Assembly: GCA_963705305.1 (NCBI GenBank)
Contig: OY970067.1
Span: 3,680,001 to 3,744,000, forward strand
Length of the DNA: 64,000 nucleotides
Direction: 5' to 3'
Source: an uncultured Methylomirabilota bacterium
GTDB taxonomy: Bacteria > Methylomirabilota > Methylomirabilia > Methylomirabilales > 2-02-FULL-66-22
Positions 27,557 through 37,744 of the stretch are shown here, piece after piece. Every line of letters begins with the position of its first letter. The stretch's first letter is position 1. Both the position numbers and the translations under genes were made by a program. The notes under the pieces are model-generated. The model made no database searches. It was not told where the DNA came from and saw only the letters and a program-made list of their open reading frames with translations.

Positions 27557-28537
27557 GTGGAACGACGCACGTTGGGCAGGCGAGGGCCGGTCGTATCGGC
27601 TCTCGGCCTAGGCTGTATGGGGATGTCGGAGTTCTACGGTCCGACGGATGAAACGGAGTCCGTCGCCACGATTCACCGGGCGCTGGAGCTGGGGATCAAT
27701 TTCCTGGACACCGCCGACGCCTACGGACCGCATACCAACGAGGTCCTGGTGGGGAAGGCGATCAAGGGGAGGCGGGATCAGGTGGTGCTGGCCACCAAGT
27801 TCGGCAACCAGCGCCTGGCGGACGGAACCTTCGGCCCGGTGAACGGGCGACCCGAGTACGTTCGATCGGCGTGCGAGGCCTCGCTGAAGCGGCTGGGGGT
27901 GGGCACGATCGACCTGTACTACCAGCACCGGGTGGACACGACCGTGCCCATCGAGGACACGGTGGGCGCGATGGCGGAGCTCGTCCGACAGGGCAAGGTG
28001 CGCCTCCTCGGCCTGTCGGAGGCGGCGCCGGCCACGATCCGGCGGGCCCACGCCGTGCATCCCATCACGGCGCTGCAGACCGAGTATTCCCTGTGGAGCC
28101 GGGACCCCGAGGATGAGATCCTGGCCACGGTGCGGGAGCTGGGGATTGGGTTCGTGGCCTACAGCCCGCTGGGGCGCGGCTTCCTGACCGGCCGGTTCCG
28201 CCGCTTCGAGGATCTGCCCGAGGGCGACTGGCGCCGAAACTCCCCGCGCTTCAAGGGGGAAAACTTCGGCAAGAACCTGGGGCTGGTGGAGCGGGTGCAA
28301 GCCCTGGCGAAAGAGAAGCGGGTCACGCCCGCCCAGCTGGCCCTGGCCTGGGTGCTGGCGCGGAGCGAGGACATCGTTCCGATTCCAGGGACCAAACGCC
28401 GGGCCTATCTCGAAGACAACGTCGGGGCCCTCCAGGTTCGGCTGACTCCCCAGGATCTCGCCCGCCTCGAGGAGGCGGCCCCCAAGGGGGCGGCGGCCGG
28501 CGACCGCTACCCGAACATGAGCCTGGTGAACCGGTAA
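27557..28537 (+). CDS. Aldo/keto reductase (AKR13/YakC-like)
   Basis: [55 protein letters not shown]. Confidence 0.95.
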   Translation: MERRTLGRRGPVVSALGLGCMGMSEFYGPTDETESVATIHRALELGINFLDTADAYGPHTNEVLVGKAIKGRRDQVVLATKFGNQRLADGTFGPVNGRPEYVRSACEASLKRLGVGTIDLYYQHRVDTTVPIEDTVGAMAELVRQGKVRLLGLSEAAPATIRRAHAVHPITALQTEYSLWSRDPEDEILATVRELGIGFVAYSPLGRGFLTGRFRRFEDLPEGDWRRNSPRFKGENFGKNLGLVERVQALAKEKRVTPAQLALAWVLARSEDIVPIPGTKRRAYLEDNVGALQVRLTPQDLARLEEAAPKGAAAGDRYPNMSLVNR

Positions 28538-28582
28538 CCCGCATGATTCGCACGCTGGTTGGCGAATAAGGAAAGGTTGAAC

Positions 28583-29239
28583 ATGACCGAGTATCAAGGG
28601 CCCACCTGCGCCCTCTGCGGCGTGAAGGCCTGCAGCAGCGAGCCGGGGACGAAGCCGGTCCCCCCGTTCTGCCCGATGCCTGTGGAGGGCGAGTTGCTGG
28701 CGGAGATCGCGCGGGCGTATGTGTGCGACGAGGATCTCCGGCGGATGGCGCTGGAATCGGCCCGCACGGAGGCGGAGGGCTACTGCCGCCAGACCCGCGT
28801 GGAGGAGATCATGGACTTCGCCCGGCGGATCGGCGCCGAGCGTCTCGGCATCGCCCACTGCGCGGGCCTGATGCAGGAAGCCAAGGCGGCGCGGGACATC
28901 TTCGTCGCCGGGGGGTTCACCGTTCATACGGTCTGCTGCAAGACCGGCTCCATCGCCAAAGAGACCATCGGCCTGCGGGACGAGGAGAAGGTCCGGCCGG
29001 GGCAGTTCGAGGCGCTCTGCAACCCGGTGGCGCAGGCCGCCCTGCTGCACAAGGCGGGCACCCAGCTCAACGTCGTGATCGGGCTCTGCGTCGGGCACGA
29101 CAGCCTCTTCTTCATGCACTCGAAGGCCCCCGCCACCGTTCTGGTGGCCAAAGACCGGGTGCTCGGACACAACCCCGTGGCGGCCCTGTACACCGCCCAC
29201 TCCTACTATCGGCGACTGACCGAGCGGAAGACCGGCTGA
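28583..29239 (+). CDS. DUF1847 family Cys-rich putative metal-binding protein
   Basis: CALC...C...FCP, TRVEEI, GIAHCAGL, VCCK, CNP..QA, GLCVGHDSLF, KDRVLGHNP. Confidence 0.9.
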   Translation: MTEYQGPTCALCGVKACSSEPGTKPVPPFCPMPVEGELLAEIARAYVCDEDLRRMALESARTEAEGYCRQTRVEEIMDFARRIGAERLGIAHCAGLMQEAKAARDIFVAGGFTVHTVCCKTGSIAKETIGLRDEEKVRPGQFEALCNPVAQAALLHKAGTQLNVVIGLCVGHDSLFFMHSKAPATVLVAKDRVLGHNPVAALYTAHSYYRRLTERKTG

Positions 29240-29267
29240 GACGGCAGGAGGAAAGGAGCGATCGCCC

Positions 29268-29771
29268 GTGGACCGTCAGGACATCTTCACGCTGTACCAG
29301 TACAACGCGTGGGCCAACGCCCGGGCCCTGGGAAGCGCCGAGCCGCTCACGCCGGCGCAATTCCTTCAGGATCTCAAGAACAGCTTCCCTTCGGTCCGGG
29401 ACACCTTGGCCCACATCCTCGGGGCGGAGTGGGTCTGGCTGCGGCGCTGGCACGGAGAGTCGCCGGTGAAGCTGCTGTCGGGGGCGGATTTCCCCACCCT
29501 GGCCAGCCTGAAGGAGCGGTTCGCTGCCGTCGAGCGGGAGCGCCAGGCCTTCCTGGAGGCCCTGCCGGACGGGCGACTGGCCCAGCCCTTCGAGTACCGG
29601 GACCTGGCCGGCAATCCGTATCGCCTGCGGCTGGTGGAGAGTCTCCAGCACGTGGTGAACCACGGGACCTACCACCGTGGGCAGATCACGACGATGCTGC
29701 GACAGCTTGGCGCAACGCCGGTGAGCACCGACCTGAGCCGTTTCTACCTGGAGCGTGCGACGGGGAAGTGA
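29268..29771 (+). CDS. DinB family protein
   Basis: YNAWAN, S.RDTL.HI..AE..W, HVVNHGTYHRGQI. Confidence 0.92.
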   Translation: MDRQDIFTLYQYNAWANARALGSAEPLTPAQFLQDLKNSFPSVRDTLAHILGAEWVWLRRWHGESPVKLLSGADFPTLASLKERFAAVERERQAFLEALPDGRLAQPFEYRDLAGNPYRLRLVESLQHVVNHGTYHRGQITTMLRQLGATPVSTDLSRFYLERATGK

Positions 29772-29862
29772 GGCGGCCGGGGGTGCGATGTCCGGGCTCT
29801 GGGCGGGTTCCGTCGAGCCATGGAGATTCTAAGATCGCGACACCGGAGCGGAGGGGCGAGTC

Positions 29863-30630
29863 ATGGCCACTGACCGGAAGGCCAAGCGAAAGGCAACAAA
29901 GTCTCCGAAGGTCGTGCGAGCCCAGCGATTCGAACTGGTGGATGCCAAGGGAGCGGTGTGCGCGCAGATGGCCGCCCGACCCGACGGCGAGCCGGGGATG
30001 GCCTTCCTGGATCCAGAGGGACGGGGCCGTGTCCTGATGGGGATGCAGGCGGACGGGACGGTGACGCTGGTGCTGTGCGACAGGCAGGGGAGGCATCGGG
30101 CCACCGTGGGTGTCAGGGCCGGCGGCGGGACAGGCGTGAACCTCATGGACGCGAAGGGAAAGGGGCATCTGCTGCTCTCGGTGACGGCGGAGGGAGAATC
30201 CGGCATCGGCCTGGGGGACCGTGAGGGGAAGGGCCGCGCGCTGGTGGGAGTAAGCCCGGACGGGTCGGTGGGGGTCTCCTTCTTCGATCCGGGAGGGAGG
30301 CGGCGCGCTCGTCTCGGAACCCGAGGCGATGGAATCGCCGTCCTCACCCTGGAAGACCAGGATGGGAAGAGCCGCATGCATCTGACCGTAGGCCCCGAGG
30401 GTCAGCCGTCGCTGAGCTTTGGCGACAGAGACGGGGCGGGACGGATCCTTCTGGGAGTGAAGGCGGATGAATCGGCGGGCGTGGCCTTCTACGATAAGGA
30501 CGGAAATCTGCGGGCGGTCTTGGGCCTCACGGCGGTGCCGGAAGGTCCCGCCGGGCCGGCTTCGGAGCCTCCGGCGGCGGCCATGGCCCTCTTCGACAAA
30601 GAGGGGAAGCTCCTCTTTCAAGTGCCCTGA
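29863..30630 (+). CDS. Hypothetical protein built of 23-aa beta-hairpin repeats
   Basis: GAGGGG RBS; eight consecutive 23-aa units of the form D-x-x-G-x-x-R-x-x-h-G-h-x-x-D/E-G. Confidence 0.8.
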   Translation: MATDRKAKRKATKSPKVVRAQRFELVDAKGAVCAQMAARPDGEPGMAFLDPEGRGRVLMGMQADGTVTLVLCDRQGRHRATVGVRAGGGTGVNLMDAKGKGHLLLSVTAEGESGIGLGDREGKGRALVGVSPDGSVGVSFFDPGGRRRARLGTRGDGIAVLTLEDQDGKSRMHLTVGPEGQPSLSFGDRDGAGRILLGVKADESAGVAFYDKDGNLRAVLGLTAVPEGPAGPASEPPAAAMALFDKEGKLLFQVP

Positions 30631-30756
30631 GCCCGGCGGTCCGTGTCGGGGACGGGCCAGCTCGCCGCCATCTCCGGTTGGGGGTTGTTCACGTTGATCC
30701 CGACGGCCGCGCGCGCCGGATGTGGCGGAAGAATCTCAACCGAAAGGAGAACTCGC

Positions 30757-30984
30757 GTGCCGGATTTCGAGATACCGCTGGTGGAAGCGGCCAAGCGCTA
30801 TCTGAAGGAGCAATATGGGGAGGACACGGTCTCCATGACCATGACCAGCAATAGTGTGGTCGATGGCAGCGGTGTGCTGGGGGTGGACTGCACGGTGAGC
30901 ATCGGAGGCGCCACCTCGGACTGGAGCAAGAAGTTTACCTTCAAGAGCGGGCGCGTGGCGACCATGTCGGCCCGCCTGCGCTAG
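30757..30984 (+). CDS. Small hypothetical protein
   Basis: Strong AAAGGAG RBS before GTG; MPDFEIPLVEAAKRYLKEQYGED...; coding-like codon usage. Confidence 0.7.
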   Translation: MPDFEIPLVEAAKRYLKEQYGEDTVSMTMTSNSVVDGSGVLGVDCTVSIGGATSDWSKKFTFKSGRVATMSARLR

Positions 30985-31018
30985 CCGGCGCGGACACGGC
31001 GGGGCCGGGGGGGACGAG

Positions 31019-32134
31019 GTGAGTCGAGCACGGGCGCGCGAGGTCGGGCTCCGGGTGGGGCATCTGCCCACCGGCCCGCAGAATGCCCTCACGGATGTGG
31101 CCGGAGTCCGGGTGGGTCACGCCACCCTGATCGCCGGCAGCGGCCGCCTGCGTCCGGGTCAGGGGCCGGTGCGGACCGGAGTGACGGTCGTTCTCCCCCA
31201 CGGGGACAATCTGTTCCGCCAGAAAGTGCGGGCCGCCGTCCACACCATCAACGGATTCGGCAAAGTATGCGGCTTCGAGGAGGTGCGCGAGCTGGGGGTC
31301 ATCGAGGCTCCCGTCGCCCTCACCAACACTTTGAACGTCGGCCTGGTGGCGGACGCGCTGGTGCAGTACGCGATCCGCCAGAGCCCGGAGATCGGCATCC
31401 ACACCAGCAACGTGAATGTGGTGGTGGGCGAGTGCAATGACGGGCACCTGAGCGATATCCAGGGGAGGCATGTCCGAGCGGAGCACGTCTGGAGCGCGAT
31501 CGAGGCGGCAAACGCCGGTCCGGTCGTGGAAGGGGCGGTCGGCGCAGGCACGGGCACGAGCTGTTTCGGTTGGAAGGGCGGCATCGGAACCGCCAGCCGC
31601 GAGATTCCGGCCGAGGCGGGGGGCTTCCGGCTGGGCGCCTTGGTCCAGTCGAACTTCGGCCGAGGGCCCGATCTCGTGGTGGCTGGCCTCCCGGTGGGCC
31701 GGCTGCTTCGTGCGTCCGACCTGGAGGAGCCGTCCCCGGCCGAGCGGGGGTCCGTCATGATCGTGCTGGCCACGGACGCGCCGCTCAGCTCGCGGCAGCT
31801 GCGGCGGCTGAGCGTCCGGGCGACAGCCGGTCTGGCCCGAACGGGGAGCTTGCTCGGCCCCGGCAGCGGAGACTTCGTCATCGCATTCAGCACGGCCGGC
31901 CGCGTCGCGCACACGCCCGATGCGCCCATCGCGATGCAGCCCGTCCTGGTGGACGAGCCGAGAGTGATGGGTTGGCTCTTTCCGGCGGTGGTCGAGAGCG
32001 TGGAGGAGGCGGTCCTCGACTCCCTCTTCTGCGCCGAGACGATGACCGGGCGTGACGGGCACACCCGGCACGCCCTTCCGGTTGAGGAGGTCATGGGGCT
32101 GCTCCGGCGGCATCGCCCGTCCCGGAACGGGTGA
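31019..32134 (+). CDS. DmpA/peptidase S58 (P1) family aminopeptidase
   Basis: NALTDVAGVRVGH, RTGVT, NGFGK, VVGECNDG.LSDI, G.VGAGTG, GS nucleophile (RGSVMIVLATDAP), SGDF.IAFST. Confidence 0.93.
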   Translation: MSRARAREVGLRVGHLPTGPQNALTDVAGVRVGHATLIAGSGRLRPGQGPVRTGVTVVLPHGDNLFRQKVRAAVHTINGFGKVCGFEEVRELGVIEAPVALTNTLNVGLVADALVQYAIRQSPEIGIHTSNVNVVVGECNDGHLSDIQGRHVRAEHVWSAIEAANAGPVVEGAVGAGTGTSCFGWKGGIGTASREIPAEAGGFRLGALVQSNFGRGPDLVVAGLPVGRLLRASDLEEPSPAERGSVMIVLATDAPLSSRQLRRLSVRATAGLARTGSLLGPGSGDFVIAFSTAGRVAHTPDAPIAMQPVLVDEPRVMGWLFPAVVESVEEAVLDSLFCAETMTGRDGHTRHALPVEEVMGLLRRHRPSRNG

Positions 32135-32239
32135 TGCCCGGGGCCGAGGCGGGCTGTTCGGCAGCCACACGAGGAGAGGGTGCGGTCGCGGCTTCCCACC
32201 AAAGACGGGGAGAATCGGACCCGCGACAGGGGGCAGGAG

Positions 32240-32620
32240 ATGGACAGCCAGTCGCCGTCGAAACGCCGGTACGGCCGCTTGACGTTCAGGGAGCCGATCA
32301 GGGATCAGCTCACCATGGACCACGACGTCCGGGTGTTGGATCTGAGCCTGGGCGGGGCCAGGGTCGAGCACCTGACGGTCCTTCGTCCTGGTGGCAATTG
32401 CCACCTCCGGCTTCCGCTGCGCAGCCAGACTATGGTGTTGAACTGCCAGGTGATGTGGTCGCGCGCCGTCAGCGTGTCGGGGCGCCCCTCGGGGGAAGCG
32501 GGGATGGTGTATCACAGCGGGTTGATGTTCACCCCGCTGACGCTGGAAGTGGAGACGCTTCTGCGGGCGTGCCTCCACAGCTGGGGGCTGTCGCAACATG
32601 GCGGAGACCTGGCCGGGTGA
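32240..32620 (+). CDS. PilZ domain protein
   Basis: RRYGR (RxxxR) and DLSLGG (DxSxGG); AGGAG RBS. Confidence 0.85.
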   Translation: MDSQSPSKRRYGRLTFREPIRDQLTMDHDVRVLDLSLGGARVEHLTVLRPGGNCHLRLPLRSQTMVLNCQVMWSRAVSVSGRPSGEAGMVYHSGLMFTPLTLEVETLLRACLHSWGLSQHGGDLAG

Positions 32621-32717
32621 GCATACTGGACGGGGCCGTTGCGCCGGTGGGTGCCGGGAGGAAGACATACGGGAGCGGGTTGACAACACGCGTGTTCCTG
32701 GGATACGGTCGGGTACG

Positions 32718-33737
32718 ATGAAAGCCCTCTACTACCCTGCGTGGGATCATCTGGAAATCCGGGAGGTTGCAGAGCCAGCGCCCAAACGGGGCGAGGCGCT
32801 CCTCCGTGTGCTGGCCGTGGGAATCTGCGGGTCGGAACTGCACGGTTTCATCACCCACGCCGCCCGCCGCACCCCGCCTCTCATCATGGGGCACGAATTC
32901 AGCGGCGAGGTTCTGGCGCTGGGCGAAGACGTCTCGGGCTACCGGGCGGGGGACCGGGTGGTGGTGAACTCCTCCGTCTCCTGCGGGGTGTGCGAGTACT
33001 GCCAGGATGGACAGGTCCAACTCTGCCGGACCGGAGAGGTCTTCGGGACCAAGCGGCCCGGCGGGTTCGCCGAGCGAGTGGCGGTCCCGGTCTCGACGCT
33101 GATGCCCATGCCGGAGGGGATTACACCCCTCCAGGCTTCCCTGGCAGAGCCGCTCGGCAATGCCGTACACGCGCTGGCCCTGACCCAGCAGCGCTTTCCC
33201 GAGACCCTGGTTATCTTCGGGGCCGGGACCATTGGGCTGTTCGTGCTGCAGGTGGCCCGGGCGGGCGGCGCCCTGCGCACGCTGGTGGTGGACGTGTCGG
33301 ACGCCCGCCTCGGCGTAGCGAAGGGTCTGGGGGCGACGCAGGTGGTGAACGCGAAGCGCGCAGACGCCGTGGCGGCCATCCGCGAGGCCAGCCGGGGGCG
33401 GGGCGCCGATGTGGTGGTGGACGCGGTGGGGGCCACCGACACTCGCCGCCAGGCCATCGCGGCCGTACGCCCGGGGGGCGAGGTCGTGTGGCTGGGACTG
33501 CACGACGATCCCACCGACCTCTCGGGCTTCGACGTGGTCCTGCGGGAAAAGCACATCTCCGGGTCGTTCGCCGTCACGGCCCACGACCTTCGGACGACCC
33601 TGAACCTCTTCGCCGCCGGCCGGGTGACGCTGGATCCCTGGGTCCGGACATTTCCGCTGGTCGACGGAGACCGGGTCTTCCGCCAACTCGTGACGGATCC
33701 CCCCCAGGATTACATCAAGGCCGTCCTCCTGCCGTAA
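32718..33737 (+). CDS. Zn-dependent medium-chain (sugar alcohol/threonine-type) dehydrogenase
   Basis: GICGSE, GHEFSG, CGVCEYC...C, EP, GAGTIG. Confidence 0.93.
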   Translation: MKALYYPAWDHLEIREVAEPAPKRGEALLRVLAVGICGSELHGFITHAARRTPPLIMGHEFSGEVLALGEDVSGYRAGDRVVVNSSVSCGVCEYCQDGQVQLCRTGEVFGTKRPGGFAERVAVPVSTLMPMPEGITPLQASLAEPLGNAVHALALTQQRFPETLVIFGAGTIGLFVLQVARAGGALRTLVVDVSDARLGVAKGLGATQVVNAKRADAVAAIREASRGRGADVVVDAVGATDTRRQAIAAVRPGGEVVWLGLHDDPTDLSGFDVVLREKHISGSFAVTAHDLRTTLNLFAAGRVTLDPWVRTFPLVDGDRVFRQLVTDPPQDYIKAVLLP

Positions 33738-33878
33738 TCAGGGCGGCGCGGCCCACCCGGGCCGCACCGTGAACCGGGGCGTCATTGCCTGCCCTGCATT
33801 TCTGGAGAGAGTTCTCCGATCGCGCAGGACGGGCGCCGGACGGGAACCCGCGAGAGCGGGGCCGGCACGGAGCGTCGC

Positions 33879-34620
33879 ATGGATCCGGCTGCATGGGCTC
33901 CGCATGGACTGGCGCTGCTGGATTACCTCCACGGAGACCGTCGGGCGGCGGTGACGGTCCATGGGGAGGACGGCGAAGAGGACAGCGTGGGCGCCGAGGT
34001 GTTCTTCCGCGGGCCGGGGGAATTCTCGGCGCTGGAGGAGGCGGCACTGGATCTGTGCCGTGGGCGGGTGCTGGACGGGGGGGGCGGGTGCGGGGTGCCA
34101 TACGCTGGCCCTCCAGGCGCGCGGGCTCGACGTGGTGGCCCTGGATGCGGCGCCGGCCGCGGTCAAGGTCCTGCAGTCGCGGGGGGCGCTGGACGCCCGC
34201 TGCGGCGACATCTTCGGATTCGACGGCGGGCCCTTCGACACGATCCTCCTCATGATGAACGGCATCGGCATCGTCGAGGACCTGGCCGGCCTGGACCGCT
34301 TCCTGCGGGAGGCGGGCCGGCTCCTTGTGCCGGGCGGGCAAATTCTTCTGGATTCCTATGACCCGCGCGGCGCGGAGAACCCGTCGCGTCCTGGCTTGGA
34401 TCGATATCCGGGCGAGATGCGCTTCCGGCTGGAGTACAAGAGGAAAAGGGGTCCGGTCTACGGCTGGCTGTTCGTAGACTTCGACACCCTGCGGGATCGC
34501 GCCGTCCGGGCGGGCTGGTCCTGCGAGAGCATCTGGCAGGAGGATGAGGGGCACTACCTGGCGCGACTGGCGCGGCGGGGTGAACAGGATGGGGGCGGCG
34601 CACCGGCGTCCGCGGCGTGA
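33879..34620 (+). CDS. Class I SAM-dependent methyltransferase, frameshifted in a G8 run at 34077-34084
   Basis: N-terminal frame G.ALLDY...FFR...LE..AL.LC.GRVLD joins a second frame GAGAGCH.L.LQ...FDTILLMMNGIG...WLFVDF. Confidence 0.8.
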
Positions 34621-34677
34621 CGTGGGCGCAGCGGGATCCGATTCAGATTGAGAACGGCGCACACATGGAGGGATGAC

Positions 34678-35589
34678 ATGACAGCCACTGCAGAGCGCAT
34701 TGGGTTTCTCGGTCCCGGGCTGATGGGCAGGGGGATCATCAAGAACCTTCTGGCCAAGGGATTTCCAGTGACGATCTTCGCCCATCGCCAGGGGTTGGAT
34801 CTGGGCGAGCTCACGAAGGCGGGGGCAACGGTCACCACGTCGTACCGGGAGCTGGGGGAGCGCAGCACGGCGGTGCTACTCACCCTGCCCGCGTCCAAGG
34901 ATGTCGAGGCGGTGACCCTCGGGACGCCCGGCCTGTTGGGCAGCCTGCGGGAGGGCACGGTGGTGGTGGATCTCAGCACGAGCTACCCGGGCTCCACCCG
35001 CATGCTGGCCGCGCGGCTCATGGAGCGGAAGGTCGCCATGCTGGACGCTCCCATGACGGGGACACCCGTGCACGCCAACGCCGGCGAGCTGAACCTGATG
35101 ATCGGCGGCGACAAGGCCGTGTATGACCGATGCCTTCCCATCTTCCGGGCCATCGCCAAGAATATATTCTACGTGGGCCCCACCGGTCACGGGAACATCG
35201 TCAAGCTGGTCAACAACTTCCTCGGCCAGCTGACCAATGCCGGGCTGGCCGAGGTGCTGCCCCTGGCGGCCAAATGCGGCGTGGACCTCAAGGCGCTGTA
35301 CGACGTCGTGATGGTGAGCGGCGGATACAGCCGGTGGTTCGAGGGGGCGGTCCCGGCCATCGGGAAGCGGGATTTCACGGTGACCTTCCATCTCAAGCTG
35401 GCGCACAAGGACATGAGCTACGTCAGCGCGCTGGGCCGCGAGGAGACCGTCCCGCTGCCCATGGTCAACACGCTGCTCACCGTCATGGACATGGCCAAGG
35501 CGGAGGGACTCGGTGACGAGAACACCACCGCCCTGGTCAAACTGTGGGAGCGAGCGTCGAAGGTCGAGGTCCGCGGCCAGGTGCGGTAG
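34678..35589 (+). CDS. Beta-hydroxyacid dehydrogenase (3-hydroxyisobutyrate/tartronate semialdehyde reductase family)
   Basis: IGFLGPGLMG, DLST, DAPMTG, KLVNN, F.LKLAHKD. Confidence 0.92.
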   Translation: MTATAERIGFLGPGLMGRGIIKNLLAKGFPVTIFAHRQGLDLGELTKAGATVTTSYRELGERSTAVLLTLPASKDVEAVTLGTPGLLGSLREGTVVVDLSTSYPGSTRMLAARLMERKVAMLDAPMTGTPVHANAGELNLMIGGDKAVYDRCLPIFRAIAKNIFYVGPTGHGNIVKLVNNFLGQLTNAGLAEVLPLAAKCGVDLKALYDVVMVSGGYSRWFEGAVPAIGKRDFTVTFHLKLAHKDMSYVSALGREETVPLPMVNTLLTVMDMAKAEGLGDENTTALVKLWERASKVEVRGQVR

Positions 35590-35666
35590 GCGCGGGCCGG
35601 GGCACCGGGGACACGCTGCGGCGGCGCCTGGCGATCTGGAGGGCCAGGGCGACGGGCCGCCTCATC

Positions 35667-36878
35667 TCAGGGATCGGCGGGCCGGCCTCCCTCGTCTGCG
35701 GACAGGCCGGGTGATGTGAGGGCGGCCCGGCGCGCGGCGTCGTAGATCTCCTGAATGGGAATCCCGGTGGCCTCAGCCAGCCTGCGGCAGTCTTCGAATT
35801 CGGGGGCCAGGATGGTCAGGCGGTCCCCCTGCCAACCGCGCTTCACGCGGACGGCGCCGTGGGGCGTGTTCACGGTGACGAAGTCCCGCCGCAGCTTCCA
35901 GCGCGAGGCCGCATGGCTCCGCACGCCGAAGGTGGTGCTGTGGGCCAGGATGATTTGGGCACAGCCGTCGGCCGCGCCGGGATCCGCGAGCACCGTGAGG
36001 AGGGTCCCCGGTCGAGACTTCTTCATGATGACGGGCGCCAGGAAGGCGTCCAGCGCCCCCGCCTCGAACAGCCGATCCATGAGCGGCTCGAAGAACTGCG
36101 GGTTCATGTCGTCGATCGTGGCCTCCAGGATGGCGATCTCATCGCGCTCCAGCTGGGCAGGCGTCTCGCCGATCATCAGGCGCAGAAGGTTCGCCTGCTC
36201 CGGCAGCTCGCGCTGGCCGGCGCCGTAGGCCACTCGCTCCACGGTCATCAGGGGCATGGGGCCGTGTCCCGAGGCGAGCGTGGTGAGAATGGCGGCGCCT
36301 GTCGGGGTGGTGAGCTCGGCGCGGATCTGGCTGCCGTAAGCCGGAAAGCCGCGGAGGAGGGCCGCCGTCCCCGGGGCCGGCACGGGCATGCTGCCATGGG
36401 CCGCCTGGACGAATCCGCCGCCCAGGTTGAAGGGCGAGACGTGAAGGCGCGCAAGGCCCAGGGCCCGGAGGCCCCAGGCGGCGCCGACGATATCGGCGAT
36501 GGCGTCCAGCGCGCCGACCTCGTGGAAGTGGATGTGATCGGGCATGCTGCCGTGCGCCTCGGCCTCGGCCTCGGCCAGGCGTTGGAAGATCTGCAGCGCG
36601 TCGGCGCGCACCTCGTCGGCGAGGTCGGCTTTCGCCAGGATGGCCTGGATGTCCGGCAGCCGGCGGTGCGGATGTCCGCGCTCGTCGGTGTCCACGTGGA
36701 CGAGCGTTCCGCGGAAGGCCCCCCGCTTGACGGGCTCGGCCCGGAGGCGGATGCCCGGCACCCCCAGCCCGTCGAGGGCCTTCTGGAGCTCCGCGACGTC
36801 CAGACCGCCGTCCACCAGCGCCCCCAGGATCATGTCGCCGCTGGCTCCGCTGAAGCAGTCGAAATACCCGATGCGCAT
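35667..36878 (-). CDS. larC: Nickel-pincer cofactor nickel insertion protein LarC
   Basis: YFDCFSGASGDM.LGAL, HFHEVGALDAIADI, HG.MPVPAPGT, ELTTPTGAA, IDDMNPQ, MKKSRPG, TTFGVR, PEFEDC. Confidence 0.95.
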   Translation of the reverse strand: MRIGYFDCFSGASGDMILGALVDGGLDVAELQKALDGLGVPGIRLRAEPVKRGAFRGTLVHVDTDERGHPHRRLPDIQAILAKADLADEVRADALQIFQRLAEAEAEAHGSMPDHIHFHEVGALDAIADIVGAAWGLRALGLARLHVSPFNLGGGFVQAAHGSMPVPAPGTAALLRGFPAYGSQIRAELTTPTGAAILTTLASGHGPMPLMTVERVAYGAGQRELPEQANLLRLMIGETPAQLERDEIAILEATIDDMNPQFFEPLMDRLFEAGALDAFLAPVIMKKSRPGTLLTVLADPGAADGCAQIILAHSTTFGVRSHAASRWKLRRDFVTVNTPHGAVRVKRGWQGDRLTILAPEFEDCRRLAEATGIPIQEIYDAARRAALTSPGLSADEGGRPADP

Positions 36879-36893
36879 GTCGAGCAAGACTCC

Positions 36894-37697
36894 TTAACGG
36901 CGCGCTGCGGCTCCGGGGCGGGAGCGCGGACGGCGTCGCGAGGGTCGCGCCGCAAGGGCGTTGATCCGGTGGGCCAAAACGCCGGCGCCGAAGCCGTTGT
37001 CGATGTTCACGGCCGCCACGCCGGCCGCGCACGAGTTCAGCATAGTGAGGAGAGCCGCCAGGCCGTGGAAGCTGGCGCCGTAGCCCACGCTGGTGGGCAC
37101 GGCGATCACAGGTTTGGCGACCAGCCCTCCCACGACCGACGGCAGGACACCGTCCATGCCGGCCACCACGACCAGGACGTTGGCCGCTGCCAGGGCCGCC
37201 TGCTGGTCGAGGATGCGATGCAGGCCGGCGACGCCGCAATCATACGCGGTCTGAACACGGCTCCCCAGGACGGCGGCGGTGAGCGCGGCCTCCTCGGCCA
37301 CCGGGATATCGGAGGTCCCGGCCGAGAGCACGAGCACCCGCCCGATCGGCCGGGTAGCCGGGGACGGCTTCGCGACGATCGCGCGGCTCAGCGGATGGTA
37401 GACGGCGTGGGGCGCGTGGTGCCTGACGGCCTCGTACGCCTCCGGTGAGGCGCGGGTGGCGAGCAGGGTTCCGTGCCGATCGAGGATGCGAGCGGCGATG
37501 GCCCCGATCTGCTCGGCCGTCTTCCCCTCACAGAAGATGACCTCCGGGAAGCCCTGCCGGAGGGCACGGTGGTTGTCCATCCGCGCAAACCCCAGATTCT
37601 CGTATGGCAGGTGTCGGAGCAGCTCCGCCGCCTTGCCAGGCGTCAGCGCACCGGTTCGGACCTGCCTCAACAGCCGTCGCAACGCGTCCGGATTCAT
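36894..37697 (-). CDS. larB: Nickel-pincer cofactor biosynthesis protein LarB
   Basis: D.HR..R.GFPEVI, AGTSDIPVAEEA, D.GVAGLHR, AGMDG.LPSVV, PTSVGYG, MLNSCA, NIDNGFGA. Confidence 0.95.
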   Translation of the reverse strand: MNPDALRRLLRQVRTGALTPGKAAELLRHLPYENLGFARMDNHRALRQGFPEVIFCEGKTAEQIGAIAARILDRHGTLLATRASPEAYEAVRHHAPHAVYHPLSRAIVAKPSPATRPIGRVLVLSAGTSDIPVAEEAALTAAVLGSRVQTAYDCGVAGLHRILDQQAALAAANVLVVVAGMDGVLPSVVGGLVAKPVIAVPTSVGYGASFHGLAALLTMLNSCAAGVAAVNIDNGFGAGVLAHRINALAARPSRRRPRSRPGAAARR

Positions 37698-37744
37698 GCG
37701 TCCCCGCTCGTCATAACCCCATTCCGACAATCTCCCACCGCCAA

